Made by a program: the position numbers and the translations under genes. The notes below the pieces were generated by a model, which saw only the letters and a program-made list of their open reading frames with translations, was not told where the DNA came from and searched no databases. From assembly GCA_964016885.1 (NCBI GenBank), contig OZ024747.1, positions 70,742,001-70,806,000 on the forward strand: a stretch of 64,000 nucleotides of DNA, written 5' to 3'. This DNA is from Eledone cirrhosa. Its lineage: Eukaryota. This document shows positions 25,329 through 39,938 of this stretch, piece after piece (position 1 is the first letter of the stretch; every line of letters starts with the position of its first letter).

Positions 25329-27465
25329 TTAGCTGTATACTTTGTGGAATGTTTTGTGGAATTTATGCAAGCAGATAGAAAACCAGTCAGTGCGTCTATT
25401 TATTATAGAATCTAAATTAGATATAATGGTAAATTTTTCATTTAGACAGAGATTGCAAATCTTGGATAGAGAACTGTTCAAGTATGGAGACGCAGAATAA
25501 ACCTTCTTCCAAAAGATGCTATATTTAATATTTTTGTCTTTCAAGGACCATATGAGTTCTGAGAGAGCCGTGTTGGTTCTTTTAAGTTTGTATTTAAAAG
25601 ACGAATGATGGTTATGAAGACGAGCTTTAAAAGAGGTGGAAGTGGAGCCAAAATAGGTGAAGGAATTGGTGTCAGTTATAACTTTACATTCGTAAATTAA
25701 GTTTTTATCAAGACAATGGTTGTTGAGAGGACATTTATTTTTAACAGGGCAATTGCAATTGCGATTAGAGAGATTATTAACGAGTGACCTAGTGTTATCT
25801 ATAGAATGAATTGGATTGGAGAAGTTATTTGCGATAGGAATAATAGTTTCTTGATTTAGAATGGGATTAAGAACATTTAGCAAAGTTGTGTTTGACGTTG
25901 TATTTGGGTTTGCAGAAATTAGCCTAGGGTTTACAATGACGTCGGGAGTACTATTACTATTATTATGATATTCAGTGTTGGAAGGAAGAGATTTAGTATT
26001 TAGTATTTTATTGTTGTGTTTAGAGATAATGTTGGAAATGTTGGAGGATGTAGAATAGGAAAATTTTATAGTGTGTTTGTTAAATATTTTACTATAGATA
26101 TGTGAGGGAGGGAAGCATTTATTTAAGGCACTAAAGAATAATTTAGGAATATTATTATTAATAGAGATGGAGAAAGGAGCATTATACCAGATTATGTTTT
26201 TGTATCTAGGTCTTTTATTAAAGTTATTGGAATGATCATGATTAATTATTCTACTGTAAGTTCTTCTAGAATTTGATTCTTTACTATATTTGATTTTATC
26301 AGGATAGCCGGCTTTAGAAAGCGCGTTATTATAGTAATTGGCGTTAGCATCAAAGATGTTTTTATTAGAAGATAGGTTAGATATTATTTTTCCAATATTA
26401 CTAACTATAGCATTCTTGATATTAGTAGGATGGTTAGATTTAAAGTTAACATAATTTAGGTTCTCATTGTTTTTATGGTAAGGGTAATATAGGCCAGTGT
26501 CAAGATTAAGAGATACATCCAAGAAACTAGTTTGATGCTGTTATCAAATTCAATTTTTAGGTTATGTTGGTTAAAGAGATTACGTATATTGTTCTTAATA
26601 ATATTAAGGTTAACTATGTTGCAATTTAAGATAGTAAAGAGTCCATCGTCACGATAAATTCCACCGCGAAGTTGAGGAATTTTCCGACTTAAAGAGTTCA
26701 AAATAAAGATACCAATTAAATCTGTCAATTGGGATGAATCGGATGCTTCCATTGTGATGTCGAAGTTGTTAGAGGTATCGGCTCTGGTCCAATATTCGTT
26801 GATGAACTCTAGGATGGTTTTACGTGCGGTGAGAATGATGTGAAGTTCATCTGTGGTGATGTCAGAATATTTAAGTGCGAAAGATAGAGCATTATTGAGA
26901 AGTGAAGGCGAAATAGAAGAATAGTAGCTGGCAATATCAAATTGAACAAATTTTAGTTTGTTTTTATTATTCAATTTGTTGAACCAGCTAATCACTTCAG
27001 AAGTACCAAACCATAAATTTAGGTTCAAAGAAGAGCAATTAGAACGAATCTGTGGGATAATTCTATCCAAGATGGCTTTACTAACAACCCCCAGATCTGA
27101 TTTAGAGGGGGCGATTAATCTAACAGGTAGTTCAGTGCGAAAATTGTTTTTGTGATCCTTGAGATTTATCCTCGGAGTTCTTGAGAGGAATGGTTCGGTC
27201 TTTTTTTCAATGCCAAGTTTTGACATAATCTCAGAGGCTTCAAAGTTTATGTATTCTAAATTATCATGGTTGGTTTTATGATATTTTTTCCTAACTTCCG
27301 TTAGGATAAGGTTTTTATAATTATCCTTGGAAATACCATATAAGTTATTGGTTTTGTCAGAGTGGACTAAAACATTTTTTGAGGAATTTAGGTTTGAAAT
27401 TGTGTTCTTGAGATTTACAAGGTGTTCTTGTCCTTTGTAAGGGTATCTCTTGAATTTAAGATTTT
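25329..27465 (-). pseudogene. PLE RT-GIY-YIG ORF with one frameshift near 26525
   Basis: SDKT upstream of the 26456-27226 ORF in the same frame, RLIAPSKS, QFDIASYYSSI, YRDDG; then (FL)DVSLNL, SNHP, CNCPVKNKC, LIYECKV...YFGST...FKARLHNH, CNLCLNEK. Confidence 0.9.
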
Positions 27466-27562
27466 TTATATATTATGTATACTCCAGTCCTACAAACTGT
27501 AGAGTGCTTCTTATCCGATATCTGCATTGCTTTATTGTACTACAATAAAACTCACCTCCTAC

Positions 27563-28646
<1,084 letters not shown>

Positions 28647-29412
28647 GGTTATACTTTGGGAGGGTCATGTTGCCAATAAGAAACACACGCACCAGTTGCT
28701 TTCACTTCAATTTATTATGTATTTATAAATTTACAAATCTATAAATTTATAAATTTCTGGTTGGTTGGTTGGTTCCACAACCAGATAGTTGTTTATATAT
28801 AGTCATAGTCCTTTCGTCACACACTCTGTGACCTCTTCAGTGACTGGGGATTCCTTTCTTTGTTTCTGTGCCTTTCCTTTCTTCTGTCCTACGCCATTTT
28901 GTTTCTGTGTGTGTGTTGTGTGCTCAGTTTGCGCATGCGCCTCACCCGGGTGTCTGTGTGTGTTTGTGTTCATTTATCTATTTGTTTATTTATTTACATG
29001 TTGTTGGTTGGTTGTTTGTTCTTTGTGTGTGTGTGTTTTCATTTTGTCCTTAATTGTAAGTTGTGATGTTGCTGTTCCACTCATATTTTCTATTTAATTT
29101 TGGTTGTAATTCTTTTAGCATAAAAGAATTACAACCAAAATTAAATAGAAAATATGAGTGGAACAGCAACATCACAACTTACAATTAAGGACAAAATGAA
29201 AACACACACACATAGAACAAACAACCAACCAACAACATGTAAATAAATAAACAAATAGATAAATGAACACAAACACACACAGACACCCGGATGTGGCGCA
29301 TGCGCAAACTGAGCACACAACACACACACACAGACCCTCCCAAAGTATAACAATATCGGTTTCAACACACGATTTCAGATAAAGAATCTTGCTAATCAAA
29401 TTCAGAAACGAA
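28647..29412. mobile_element. Fold-back mini-element from the 3' end of PLE family B (arm 28647-29117, loop GCA, internally deleted arm 29121-29351, tail 29352-29412)
   Basis: TAATTCTTTTA-GCA-TAAAAGAATTA centre. The arm encodes [20 protein letters not shown], as in ORF 759-1394. TA arrays on both sides. Confidence 0.92.
28801..28845 (-). ncRNA. Minimal type-I hammerhead ribozyme, PLE family B
   Basis: Minus strand AGTCA-CTGAAGA-G-GTCAC-agagtgt-GTGAC-GAAA-G-GA-C-TA-TGACT. Stems I and II are perfect and the triplet is CUA. Confidence 0.87.
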
Positions 29413-30622
<1,210 letters not shown>

Positions 30623-30819
30623 AGAGATATATTTGATATATCTCATATGAAATAATACAGCCAACTTTCCACGCAATACAATTAGTTACCACCCCGAACG
30701 TCTAATTAGGGATATACTCAGTTATTTCCTAATGTTTGTTGAGTGAGTTGGGATTTGGCCGGAGTATCGCTATTAGCTTTCTCCGATTATGTATTTATAT
30801 ATATATATATATATATATA

Positions 30820-31625
30820 CATCATCATCATCATCATCATCATTTTACGTCCGCTTTTCCCTGCTTGCAAGGAGAGGACGGGTCTTATTCAGCACAGCAT
30901 CTCTCCACTTGTCACGGTCGTTCGTCATCTCCACCCTGAACTTCAGCGATCTGGCGTCTGTTCTCACCACCTCCGCCCATGGTTTTTGTGGTCTACCTCT
31001 ACCACGTCTTCCTTCAACTGGCATTTCCTGGTACTTCTTCACCCATCAGTCAACCTCCATGCACATCACATGTCCATACCAACGCAACCTCCTCTCCCGT
31101 ACACTACATTCTATCCCTCTCAGATACAGTTTATCTCTCAACACATACATGCTGGGTCGTTCACGTACATTTACACTGCACATCCTACGGAGCATGCTTG
31201 CCTCATTGCTCTCCAGCCATCGCATATCCTCTGCAGTTGCTGCTCATGTCTCACTACCATGCAGCATCGCGCTCCTTACACAGGCATCATATAGCTTTTC
31301 ATATACAGGGAGAAACCCTTCATCGTCAGCAGAGGAAGCAACTCCCTAAACTTCTTCCAACCCATCCTTATTCTAGATACTATGGCCTCGGACCCCCCCT
31401 CCATGCTAATCTGATCTCCTAGGTACCGGAAGCTATCCACCACTTCTATAGCACCCGCCTGCATTTGAAAAATGTGTCTATCAATGCGACTTCTACGTCT
31501 AATTTCCCTGTACATCTACTGCATATGTATTCTCCCTACCTGTTAGTTTGCCTGCTATCCCACTACATCTCTTGTGTACCCAGGATCTGCATTGTGTGCA
31601 TTTTATAGAATTTATGCCAGTTCCT
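30820..31625 (-). mobile_element. RTE LINE 3' fragment (PHD-like finger to 3' end)
   Basis: [37 protein letters not shown] and a (CAT)n tail. Confidence 0.88.
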
Positions 31626-31659
31626 ATATATGCATATATATATATATATGCATACATGC

Positions 31660-31745
<86 letters not shown>

Positions 31746-32227
31746 ATAAACATAAATGTGTGAGTGTGTATTTCAATACTTACAATGCATGGAACTATTT
31801 CCTAACCTTCGCATCAAACATGCATAAAACTGGTGAAACTTAATTAAAAGAAAACATTACTTTATTGGAAAAGAGCTGACATCGTTGAAAAACAGTGAAA
31901 CCTACAGATTTTATTAGTCAAGACTTAAGGATGTGAAAGAACAAATCTCTAAAAGATCTAGCTGATTTTTGGAATAGTTCCAGTAACCAGTTCACTGAAG
32001 CTAGCTTAAAAACTGATGGCTTTCGTTTGGGTTATTTGATATGGTAAACTACCTCAGCACATAGAGTTATCAGTTTTGATCCATCTGAAGAGGGGCCAAC
32101 TTGGAATTGCATTTTTTTATATTTATTTTATATCAGCTTTTATATCATTGCAGTTCTGTATTATTTTATTGCATCGATATATGAACGTACTTGTATTACA
32201 TACACACACACGCGCGCACACTCACGT

Positions 32228-32258
<31 letters not shown>

Positions 32259-32583
32259 TACATATATATACATGCATACAAGATGAGCAGCTTAGTTCTT
32301 GCCACACACATTTATAGAATCATAATCGAATATGGCCATATGCACCCCCCCCACATATAGATAGACTCACTATCATTACCTTTATCATTCAATCATTATT
32401 TTATATGTTCATCTGGATGGTTGAAACGAATTATTCCTGCTCCAAAGAAATAGTATTTAGATAGCAAACTGTTATGGAATACATATTTTGAAATGATTTG
32501 GTCTTATAGTGAGATTTGAAATTATACAGCAGATACAATGCTTTTCTTTATTTTAATGATTAAATGCACTTCAGGCAGTCTAC

Positions 32584-32634
<51 letters not shown>

Positions 32635-33913
32635 CTGTGGATGTTTATTCAATGTCTAGGATGTATTGTGCCTGAAAATAAGATGGGATGGTCAACATTG
32701 GAATGTCTTTGATTCGAAGTTTGTCCAATTAGAACTGACCTGCTGCTAAGGAAAAGAACGCAACAACAATAAGAGAGAACTCTCTATACATTCTTTCGAC
32801 CTCTTATATTTAGCAGGCAAATCTTTCTTAGACTACACCATATCCTACTAAAGTCTTTGTTACCACAGATTTATTCAGTTGAGCGTTGTTTCAGCAAATA
32901 GCACTCATAAAGATTTACCTGAGAATCATGATGAACCACAAAAAACTAACAACTCTCTACCTACTTGATATAGGGGGCAGTGTTCCAAAATTGATGCAGT
33001 TTGATGGATTCAGTAAAGATTTTTCAGTGTAGAATGAAAGAATTTTGTAGGTATTCTACTGGTATATGTAGTTGTAAGTAGGCATAACATACTCTAATTT
33101 GTTTAGATAAAGTTTTGCATTGACAGTTGCATTTAAACTTTCTATGGTGGATTTGGTACATTTTGGCCTAAGCTTTTTGTACATTTGCTAATATGTTTGT
33201 GTCAGCCATGGATCTATCATTTAATATATATACATTATATATATTTCCATTTAACATTTAGGCATTTATGTATATTTCCATGTTGTATTTATGTATAACT
33301 CGTCAGTTTTTTGCATTTATATATTTTTCATTATTAAGCTGGTTTAAAAGATAACGTATCAAAGTTTCTTACATACAATTAGAATAGAAGAGTTTTAGGT
33401 TAATACGAACATTTTAAAATAAACAGCTTAGTATAATAAAAGGTGAGGTAGTATCAAAGAAACAGAGGCAGTTTCTGTCAGTTTCGTGTCGAAAGGGTTT
33501 AGCAAAGAAAGTGAATATTTCATAATGTTATCCTGGATAAACATGTATGGAATAGGGGTCAAGTCTAGACTGTGTTTCATTATAGTTCTTATTGTTCAAG
33601 GCTGGCATAACGTTAAACAGCAGTGCAACAACTGTATGCTACTATTAAAACACACACACATATATATATATATAAATTAAATTCTATCATTTATTAATGT
33701 TCCTACAATTTTGATGCCTCTTGTATGCTGGAGGTGTTTTCAATATTGGGCAATGAAACCTTAGGTAGAGCTTTTCTTCTGTGTATAAACGTTAATAAAT
33801 AGTATAATATATTTGCTCTCTTTCTGATTGAGCATTATTTTCCGTTTTCATTTCACACCTATGGATATTGCTACATATTCACACACACATATATAAATAT
33901 ATATATATATATA

Positions 33914-33953
33914 TCTGTTCATATTTCTTGTTGCAACAAGAAATATGAACAGA
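33914..33953. repeat. Perfect loopless palindrome of about 40 bp abutting (TA)n
   Basis: TCTGTTCATATTTCTTGTTG|CAACAAGAAATATGAACAGA. Confidence 0.92.
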
Positions 33954-34086
33954 CCTTTTCAACACTTAATTTTAAATGTTTTATTCTTTTTAATTCTCTT
34001 TTAATTGTAATATTCAACATTTGATAAGATGGTTTACACTGATACATCGAAACCGATTATATTTCATATATTTTACATTATATAAC

Positions 34087-34223
34087 TCCTATTTTTTTAA
34101 AAGAATTAATCCACTCATTTTTTCAATAATGTCACTTTGACGAATCAAAGAAGAAAAAAAGAAAAACAGATCCTTAAATATATTTTCCGTGGTATTTCTA
34201 ATTCCACTTTTCTCTCTCTCTCT

Positions 34224-34291
<68 letters not shown>

Positions 34292-34660
34292 TAGAAAAGG
34301 GAAGTAAGGTTCTATACAAAACAGTGGTTATAGAGAAAAGGTGAAGGTGAAAATAGCACAGAAGATATATTTTAGGGTCTGTTTTTCATTTTTTTTCTTT
34401 TTTTTCCTTTCTTTGATTTGTCATTTCTTTGAAGTGACATTATTGTAAAAATGAGAGGGATAATTCTTTTAAAAAAGAATTTTATAATGTATACCTTATA
34501 TACATTATAAAACTCTTTTTTAAAAGAATTGTCCCTCTCATTTTTTCAATACCGTCACTTTAATGAATCAAAGAAAGGAAAAGAAAAGGAAAAAAAAAAA
34601 GAAAAACAGACCCTAAAATATATTTTCTGTGCTATTTCCACCTTCACCTTCTCTCTCTCT
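34087..34660. repeat. Three-copy direct/inverted repeat (34087-34225 forward, 34331-34493 reverse, 34499-34660 forward)
   Basis: Palindrome centred on TTTTATAATGTATA-CCTTA-TATACATTATAAAA, plus a more diverged upstream copy. Confidence 0.85.
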
Positions 34661-34887
34661 CTCTCCCTCTTTCTCTCTCTCTCTATATATATATTTTCGA
34701 AATATTTACTTCTGCGTTCACAGATTGATTTTTATTAGTTTCAGAAAATCCCGTTAGGGTTGAAAGGAGCGATTCTTTGCTTAAACTTTTATTTTAATAA
34801 ATATTTGCTCTAGGGTTCTTATATATTTGATATATATTTATCCTTATCGAGCCCTCTTTGGATTTTAGTCTTCACATTTATTATTAT

Positions 34888-34929
<42 letters not shown>

Positions 34930-35019
34930 AGGGTAAACATTGATGCAATTCAATTCAAGCACTCAACGTATATATATATATATATATATAAGTGGTTATA
35001 CAACAGTTAGTTCACCATA

Positions 35020-35059
35020 CCGAGAACAATTGTTTCACCTTAGCGGATCTTCAGCTCGG
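35020..35059 (-). ncRNA. Minimal type-I hammerhead ribozyme, family C, left arm
   Basis: Minus strand CCGAG-CTGAAGA-TCCGCTAAGGT-GAAA-CAATTG-TT-CTCGG. Confidence 0.85.
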
Positions 35060-35094
35060 GATATGTATGGTTATAGGAACAGGAAGGACACATC

Positions 35095-35134
35095 CCGAGC
35101 TGAAGATCGGCTAAGGTGAAACAATTGTTCTCGG
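35095..35134 (+). ncRNA. Minimal type-I hammerhead ribozyme, family C, right arm
   Basis: CCGAG-CTGAAGA-TCGGCTAAGGT-GAAA-CAATTG-TT-CTCGG. Stem I is perfect, stem III is the palindrome ACAATTGT and the triplet is GUU. Confidence 0.82.
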
Positions 35135-35228
35135 TATGGTGAACTAACTGTTGTGTAACCACTTCTACCTAACTCATCCCTTGGACTGAGTGCTCTACCA
35201 CTACGGATATTACCTTCCAGTGTTCCAC

Positions 35229-35281
<53 letters not shown>

Positions 35282-35404
35282 AATAATAAATCTGAAGAGG
35301 ACTCGATAAGGATTGTATATGTATAAGTGTATATAAAACCGTAGAGTAAGTATCTATTATTAGTAAAGATAAAATTTTTAAACTTTTATTTTTTAAGCTT
35401 TTAA

Positions 35405-35750
35405 TCATCATTTCATCATTCATTTCATTTTACGTCCGCTTATTCCCTGCTTGCAAAGGTGGGATGGGAACTGATGCTGGCTTGATTTCTACAGCTGGAT
35501 GCCCTTCCTAACACCAACCTCATTTACAGTGAGTGCTGGGTGCTTTTTTACCGTGACACCTCCACGACCACTTTACAGTGGAATGAGAGGGACCCCAGTC
35601 CTATCATCTCATTTCTACGGCTGAGTAAACTGGAGCAATGTGAAATAAAGTCTCTTGCTCAAGGAAACAACACATCACCCAGTCTGAGAATTGAACTCAC
35701 AACCTTTCGATTGCAAGGGCAATGCTCTAACCACTAAGCCATGTGCCTCC
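35405..35750 (-). mobile_element. tRNA-headed, RTE-tailed SINE
   Basis: Reverse-complement copy of 20-360. Confidence 0.9.
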
Positions 35751-35761
35751 AATTGGTACTA

Positions 35762-36044
35762 ATATGTATATATATATGTATAAATATAATATACATACAC
35801 ACACACACACACATTTATATATATATATAAATACATGTATATATGTATGTGTATGTATGTATATATATAAATATATATATATACATATACATATATATAT
35901 ACATATACATATATAAATATATATACATATATATATACATATACATATATACATATATATATACATATATATATACATATATATACATACATATACATAC
36001 ATATATATACACATACATATATATACATACATATATATGCATAC

Positions 36045-36080
<36 letters not shown>

Positions 36081-36100
36081 GCATACATATATATGCATAC

Positions 36101-36134
<34 letters not shown>

Positions 36135-36135
36135 T
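35762..36135. repeat. TA/CA compound microsatellite
   Basis: Direct reading. Confidence 0.9.
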
Positions 36136-36145
36136 TTTTTTAAAC

Positions 36146-36238
36146 GATCGACTTTCGTCAAATCGGACCGAGGGAACAACGTTTCCGTTGGTCTTTCCAA
36201 TTGCTAATACTATCTATCGGTGGCAACTCCAGGTAGAA
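36146..36238 (-). mobile_element. Fragment of a second SINE family body
   Basis: Near-identical to 61446-61539. Confidence 0.75.
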
Positions 36239-36254
36239 ACATACATATATATAC

Positions 36255-36286
<32 letters not shown>

Positions 36287-36295
36287 TTTTTTTAT

Positions 36296-36483
36296 ATATA
36301 GAAGAGCTTCTACGGGACTAGAACTGCTTCATTTGTGAGAAATCATCAGGAAGCTCTGATGATTTCTCACGAATGAAACAGTTCTAGTCCTGTAGAATCT
36401 GTTCTATATGAAAACATTTATACTCTGCTATGTATGGAGTACCTTACTTACTGTGGTTACCTCCGATTCAACCCAGAATAACT
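36296..36483. mobile_element. Fold-back mini-element family D (arms 36296-36349 and 36356-36409, tail 36410-36483) with hammerhead core relic
   Basis: 54-bp inverted arms and loop GAAGCT. The right arm starts CTGATGA-TTTC-TCAC-GAAT-GAAAC. TA-flanked. Confidence 0.8.
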
Positions 36484-37074
36484 TATATATATATATATGT
36501 ACTTAACACGCACGCACACACACACACACACACAAATATATATATATATATACACATACACACACACACACACATATATATATATGTATATATTGATATA
36601 TTCATATGCTTGTATATGTGCAAATATACATTATCTCTTCTTTGATTTTGATTACTCAATACATTTACTTTTTTTCTTCAGTTTTTGTTTTCTTCTTCAG
36701 CCACCACCACCACCACCACCCAAATTGCTGGCCTTGTGCCTATAGTAAAATTGATTATTATTATTATTATTATTGTCCCTTGGAAGTCTCCCCCCTATTG
36801 GGGAATTTTTCTTTGTTATTTTATTTCAACCTCTGTTTTTTTACACGCAGAAATGCCCATTTGTACCGTCCTGTATTGTCCTGTACTGTCCTTAATGTCT
36901 ACTTTATGTGAACCCTTGTGGTTAATAAAGAAAACATTATTATTATTATTATTATTATTATAAATAAAATGTCATGCACTGGGGTCCATTTCATGGACTT
37001 TCCCCTCCCACCAAATTGATGCCACTCCCAGCAAATTGCTGGCATCAGAAACCATTATAAATATTATTATTATT

Positions 37075-37880
37075 AGTGGATTGGCAGTATCGGTAGAGTT
37101 ACGGCCCTTACCATTCTGAGTTCAAATCCCGCCGAGGTTAACTTTGCCTTTCATCCTTACAGAGTCGATAAAATAAAGTACCAGTAATACACTGGGGTAA
37201 TTGCTGGCCTTGTGCCAAAAGTAGAAACAATTATTATTATTATTTTTATTATTATTATTAAAATCATTAAGGGCAGTGGTTTGGCAGTATTGGTACAGCG
37301 TCAGACACCATGCTTTGCAGAATAGGAGTTATGGCCCTTTACGTTCTGAGTTCAAATCTCACCAGGTTAAATTTGCCTTTCGTCCTTACGGGGTTGATAA
37401 AATAAAGCACCAGTAATGCACTGGGGTAATTGCTGGCCTTGTGCCAAAAGTAGAAACATTATTATTATTATTATTGGCTGTATTGGGAGAGTGTCAGACA
37501 ACTTGCTTTGCTGCATAGAGTTACGGCCCTTTCTTTTCTGAGTTCAAATCCTACTGAGGTTAGCTTTGCCTTTCATGCTTAACAGGTTGTTGAAATAAAG
37601 GACCAGTAATGTACTTGGTTTGATTTAATCGACTTTCCCCACCCCCCGAATTGCTGGCCTTTATTAACTGAACCATTATTATTAACTGGATTAACAGAAT
37701 CAGTAGAGCGTCAGACACCATGCTTTGCAGCATATAGTTATGTCCCTTTATGTCCTGAGTTCAAATCTTGTTGAGGCTAGTTTTGCCTTTCATCCTTACA
37801 GGTTGATAAAATAATGCATCAGTAAGCACTGGGGTCAATTTAAACAACTTTCCTCTCCCCCAAAATCCTTGCCCTTGTGT
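37075..37880 (+). mobile_element. Tandem cluster of at least four Meta-domain-like tRNA-derived SINEs separated by (TTA)n
   Basis: Repeated TGGCAGTAT.GGTA...CTGAGTTCAAATC...TTTGCCTTTCATCCTTAC...GATAAAATAAAG.ACCAG units. Confidence 0.85.
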
Positions 37881-37891
37881 CTAACTCAATC

Positions 37892-37927
<36 letters not shown>

Positions 37928-38769
37928 AGTGCTATGCATAGACAGCCAGACAGTGGTGTAGTTGTCGCTAGTAAGGACTTTGTTGTTTGTTATTTCAGTA
38001 GTTGCACAAATACAAGCAGAATATTTGTGATTTTGATTGTTCTTCGTTATTCAGGGAATGTTATGAATTAAATATTCATTTTTGGTTATTGCCAATTTTG
38101 TATTTAATTCTTACTTCTGGGAGTTCTTCCACTACATACACACTTACAAACATATACAAGCCGCACTAAACTCACACACACACACATACATACATACACA
38201 CATACACACATACACAACAGCACTACCATAACAATAATAACAACAAATTCCCACTCGAATGCACACAACCACAAACTGTCACTATACAGGCACCATATAC
38301 ATATACATATACATGTAAGCACACCCTTACCATACTACTTACACACACACACACACATACCACCACAATCACAACAGCCACAAACCACCTCCCCCTCTCT
38401 CTCTCTGAATCCTGCTGCATCTTAAACACATTCTCTTCAAGGATGTAGAGTTGGATGGGGGAAGATGGAGGAAGATGGGGGAAGATGTGTTTATATGAAT
38501 TATAGATCTGAACAAGTAGGATGGACAATAGTGAGTTTATCATCAGTTTAGCATTGCCAGTGGTCACTAGTATTTAGTAATAGTGAACTGGGCCTACTGC
38601 TATCTCTTGTAGTGGGTGGAATAGGGGAAAATGATAATGTTGACGATGATGATGATGATCAATGACTTAAATGCTGATGCAAATGCTGGTGGTAGTGATA
38701 GTAGTGGTGGTGGTGGTGGTAGTGATGGTGGTGGTGAAGGTGATAGTGATGTTGACTATTATTATTATT

Positions 38770-38965
38770 GGCGGTGGGTTGGCAGTATCGGTAGAGGGTC
38801 GGACGCCGTGCTTTCCAGCAGAGTTACGTCCCTTTACGATCTGAGTTCAAATCCCGCCGTGGTTGACTTTGCCTTTCATCCTTGCGGGGTCGATAAAATA
38901 AAGTACCAGTAATGCACTGGGTAATTGCTGGCCTTGTGCCTAAAGTAGAAACAATTATTATTATA
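38770..38965 (+). mobile_element. Well-preserved Meta-domain-like SINE
   Basis: A box TGGCAGTATCGG, B box GAGTTCAAATCC, GTTGACTTTGCCTTTCATCCTTGCGGGGTCGATAAA and a (TTA)n end. Confidence 0.85.
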
Positions 38966-39249
38966 GTTGTTGTTGTTGTGGCGGAGGAAGGCACGATGGT
39001 GATGATGTTAATGTTGATGAAGAGAAGGGGGAAAGGAGGAGGAGGAGGAGGAAGAGGAGAGAAGGAGGACATTGATGATGCTGATGATGATAGAGTACAT
39101 CATGATGACATTTGTGATGATGAAGACAAGGAGAAGGATGGAGAGGAAGAGGAGAAATAAGAGAAGAAGGTGGGGGGGGGGGGATGTTAAATTATTTAAG
39201 CAGAGAAGAGGAGAAAGAAGAGAAGGGGTTGAGGCTGATTTATACCAGC

Positions 39250-39355
39250 GTGTGTGTATATGTATATATGTATAGGTATCTATATGTACATATATGTATG
39301 TATGTATGTATATGTATATATGTATATATGTATATATGTATATGTATGTGTATAC

Positions 39356-39412
<57 letters not shown>

Positions 39413-39488
39413 CATGTATGTATATATATATATATGTATATACGTATATAAATGTATGTATATGTATATATGTATATATATATGTATG

Positions 39489-39536
<48 letters not shown>

Positions 39537-39676
39537 TGTATATGTATATACGTATATACATACATAGATATATATATATATATGTATGTATGTATATACG
39601 TATATATATATATGTATGCATATACGTATATATATATATGTATGCATGTATATATATATACGTATATATATATATT

Positions 39677-39710
<34 letters not shown>

Positions 39711-39898
39711 CATGTATGTATGCAATTATATGTGTGTATTTTATAAAATTATATGTATATATATATTTATTTCTATATACATATATATATGTATTTATAT
39801 ATATATATATATATACATATATATATACATATATATATACATATATATATATACATATATACATACATACATATACATACATATATATATACATATAC

Positions 39899-39938
<40 letters not shown>

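Larger units (their letters stand above)
24286..27562 (-). mobile_element. 5'-truncated Penelope-like retroelement (family A, Hydra-clade-like) with about 1 kb 3' UTR, hammerhead and inverted tail; flanked by TA arrays
   Basis: RT and GIY-YIG ORFs on the minus strand, a terminal block equal to the 6809-6974 arm, and an inverted tail at 27470-27562. Confidence 0.9.
34990..35231. mobile_element. Fold-back mini-element family C (arms 34990-35066 and 35088-35164, tail 35165-35231) in (TA)n
   Basis: 77-bp inverted arms with about three mismatches, each holding a hammerhead motif. Confidence 0.92.

Noticed and set aside
29352-29385. Antisense CTGAAATCGTGTGTTGAAACCGAT in the family B tail as a hammerhead
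   Set aside because: The core lacks NGA, stem II does not pair and the orientation is antisense to the element.
37075-37880. CRISPR-like repeat array
   Set aside because: Units are diverged SINE copies of about 200 bp in a eukaryotic context; no cas genes and no fixed repeat-spacer period.
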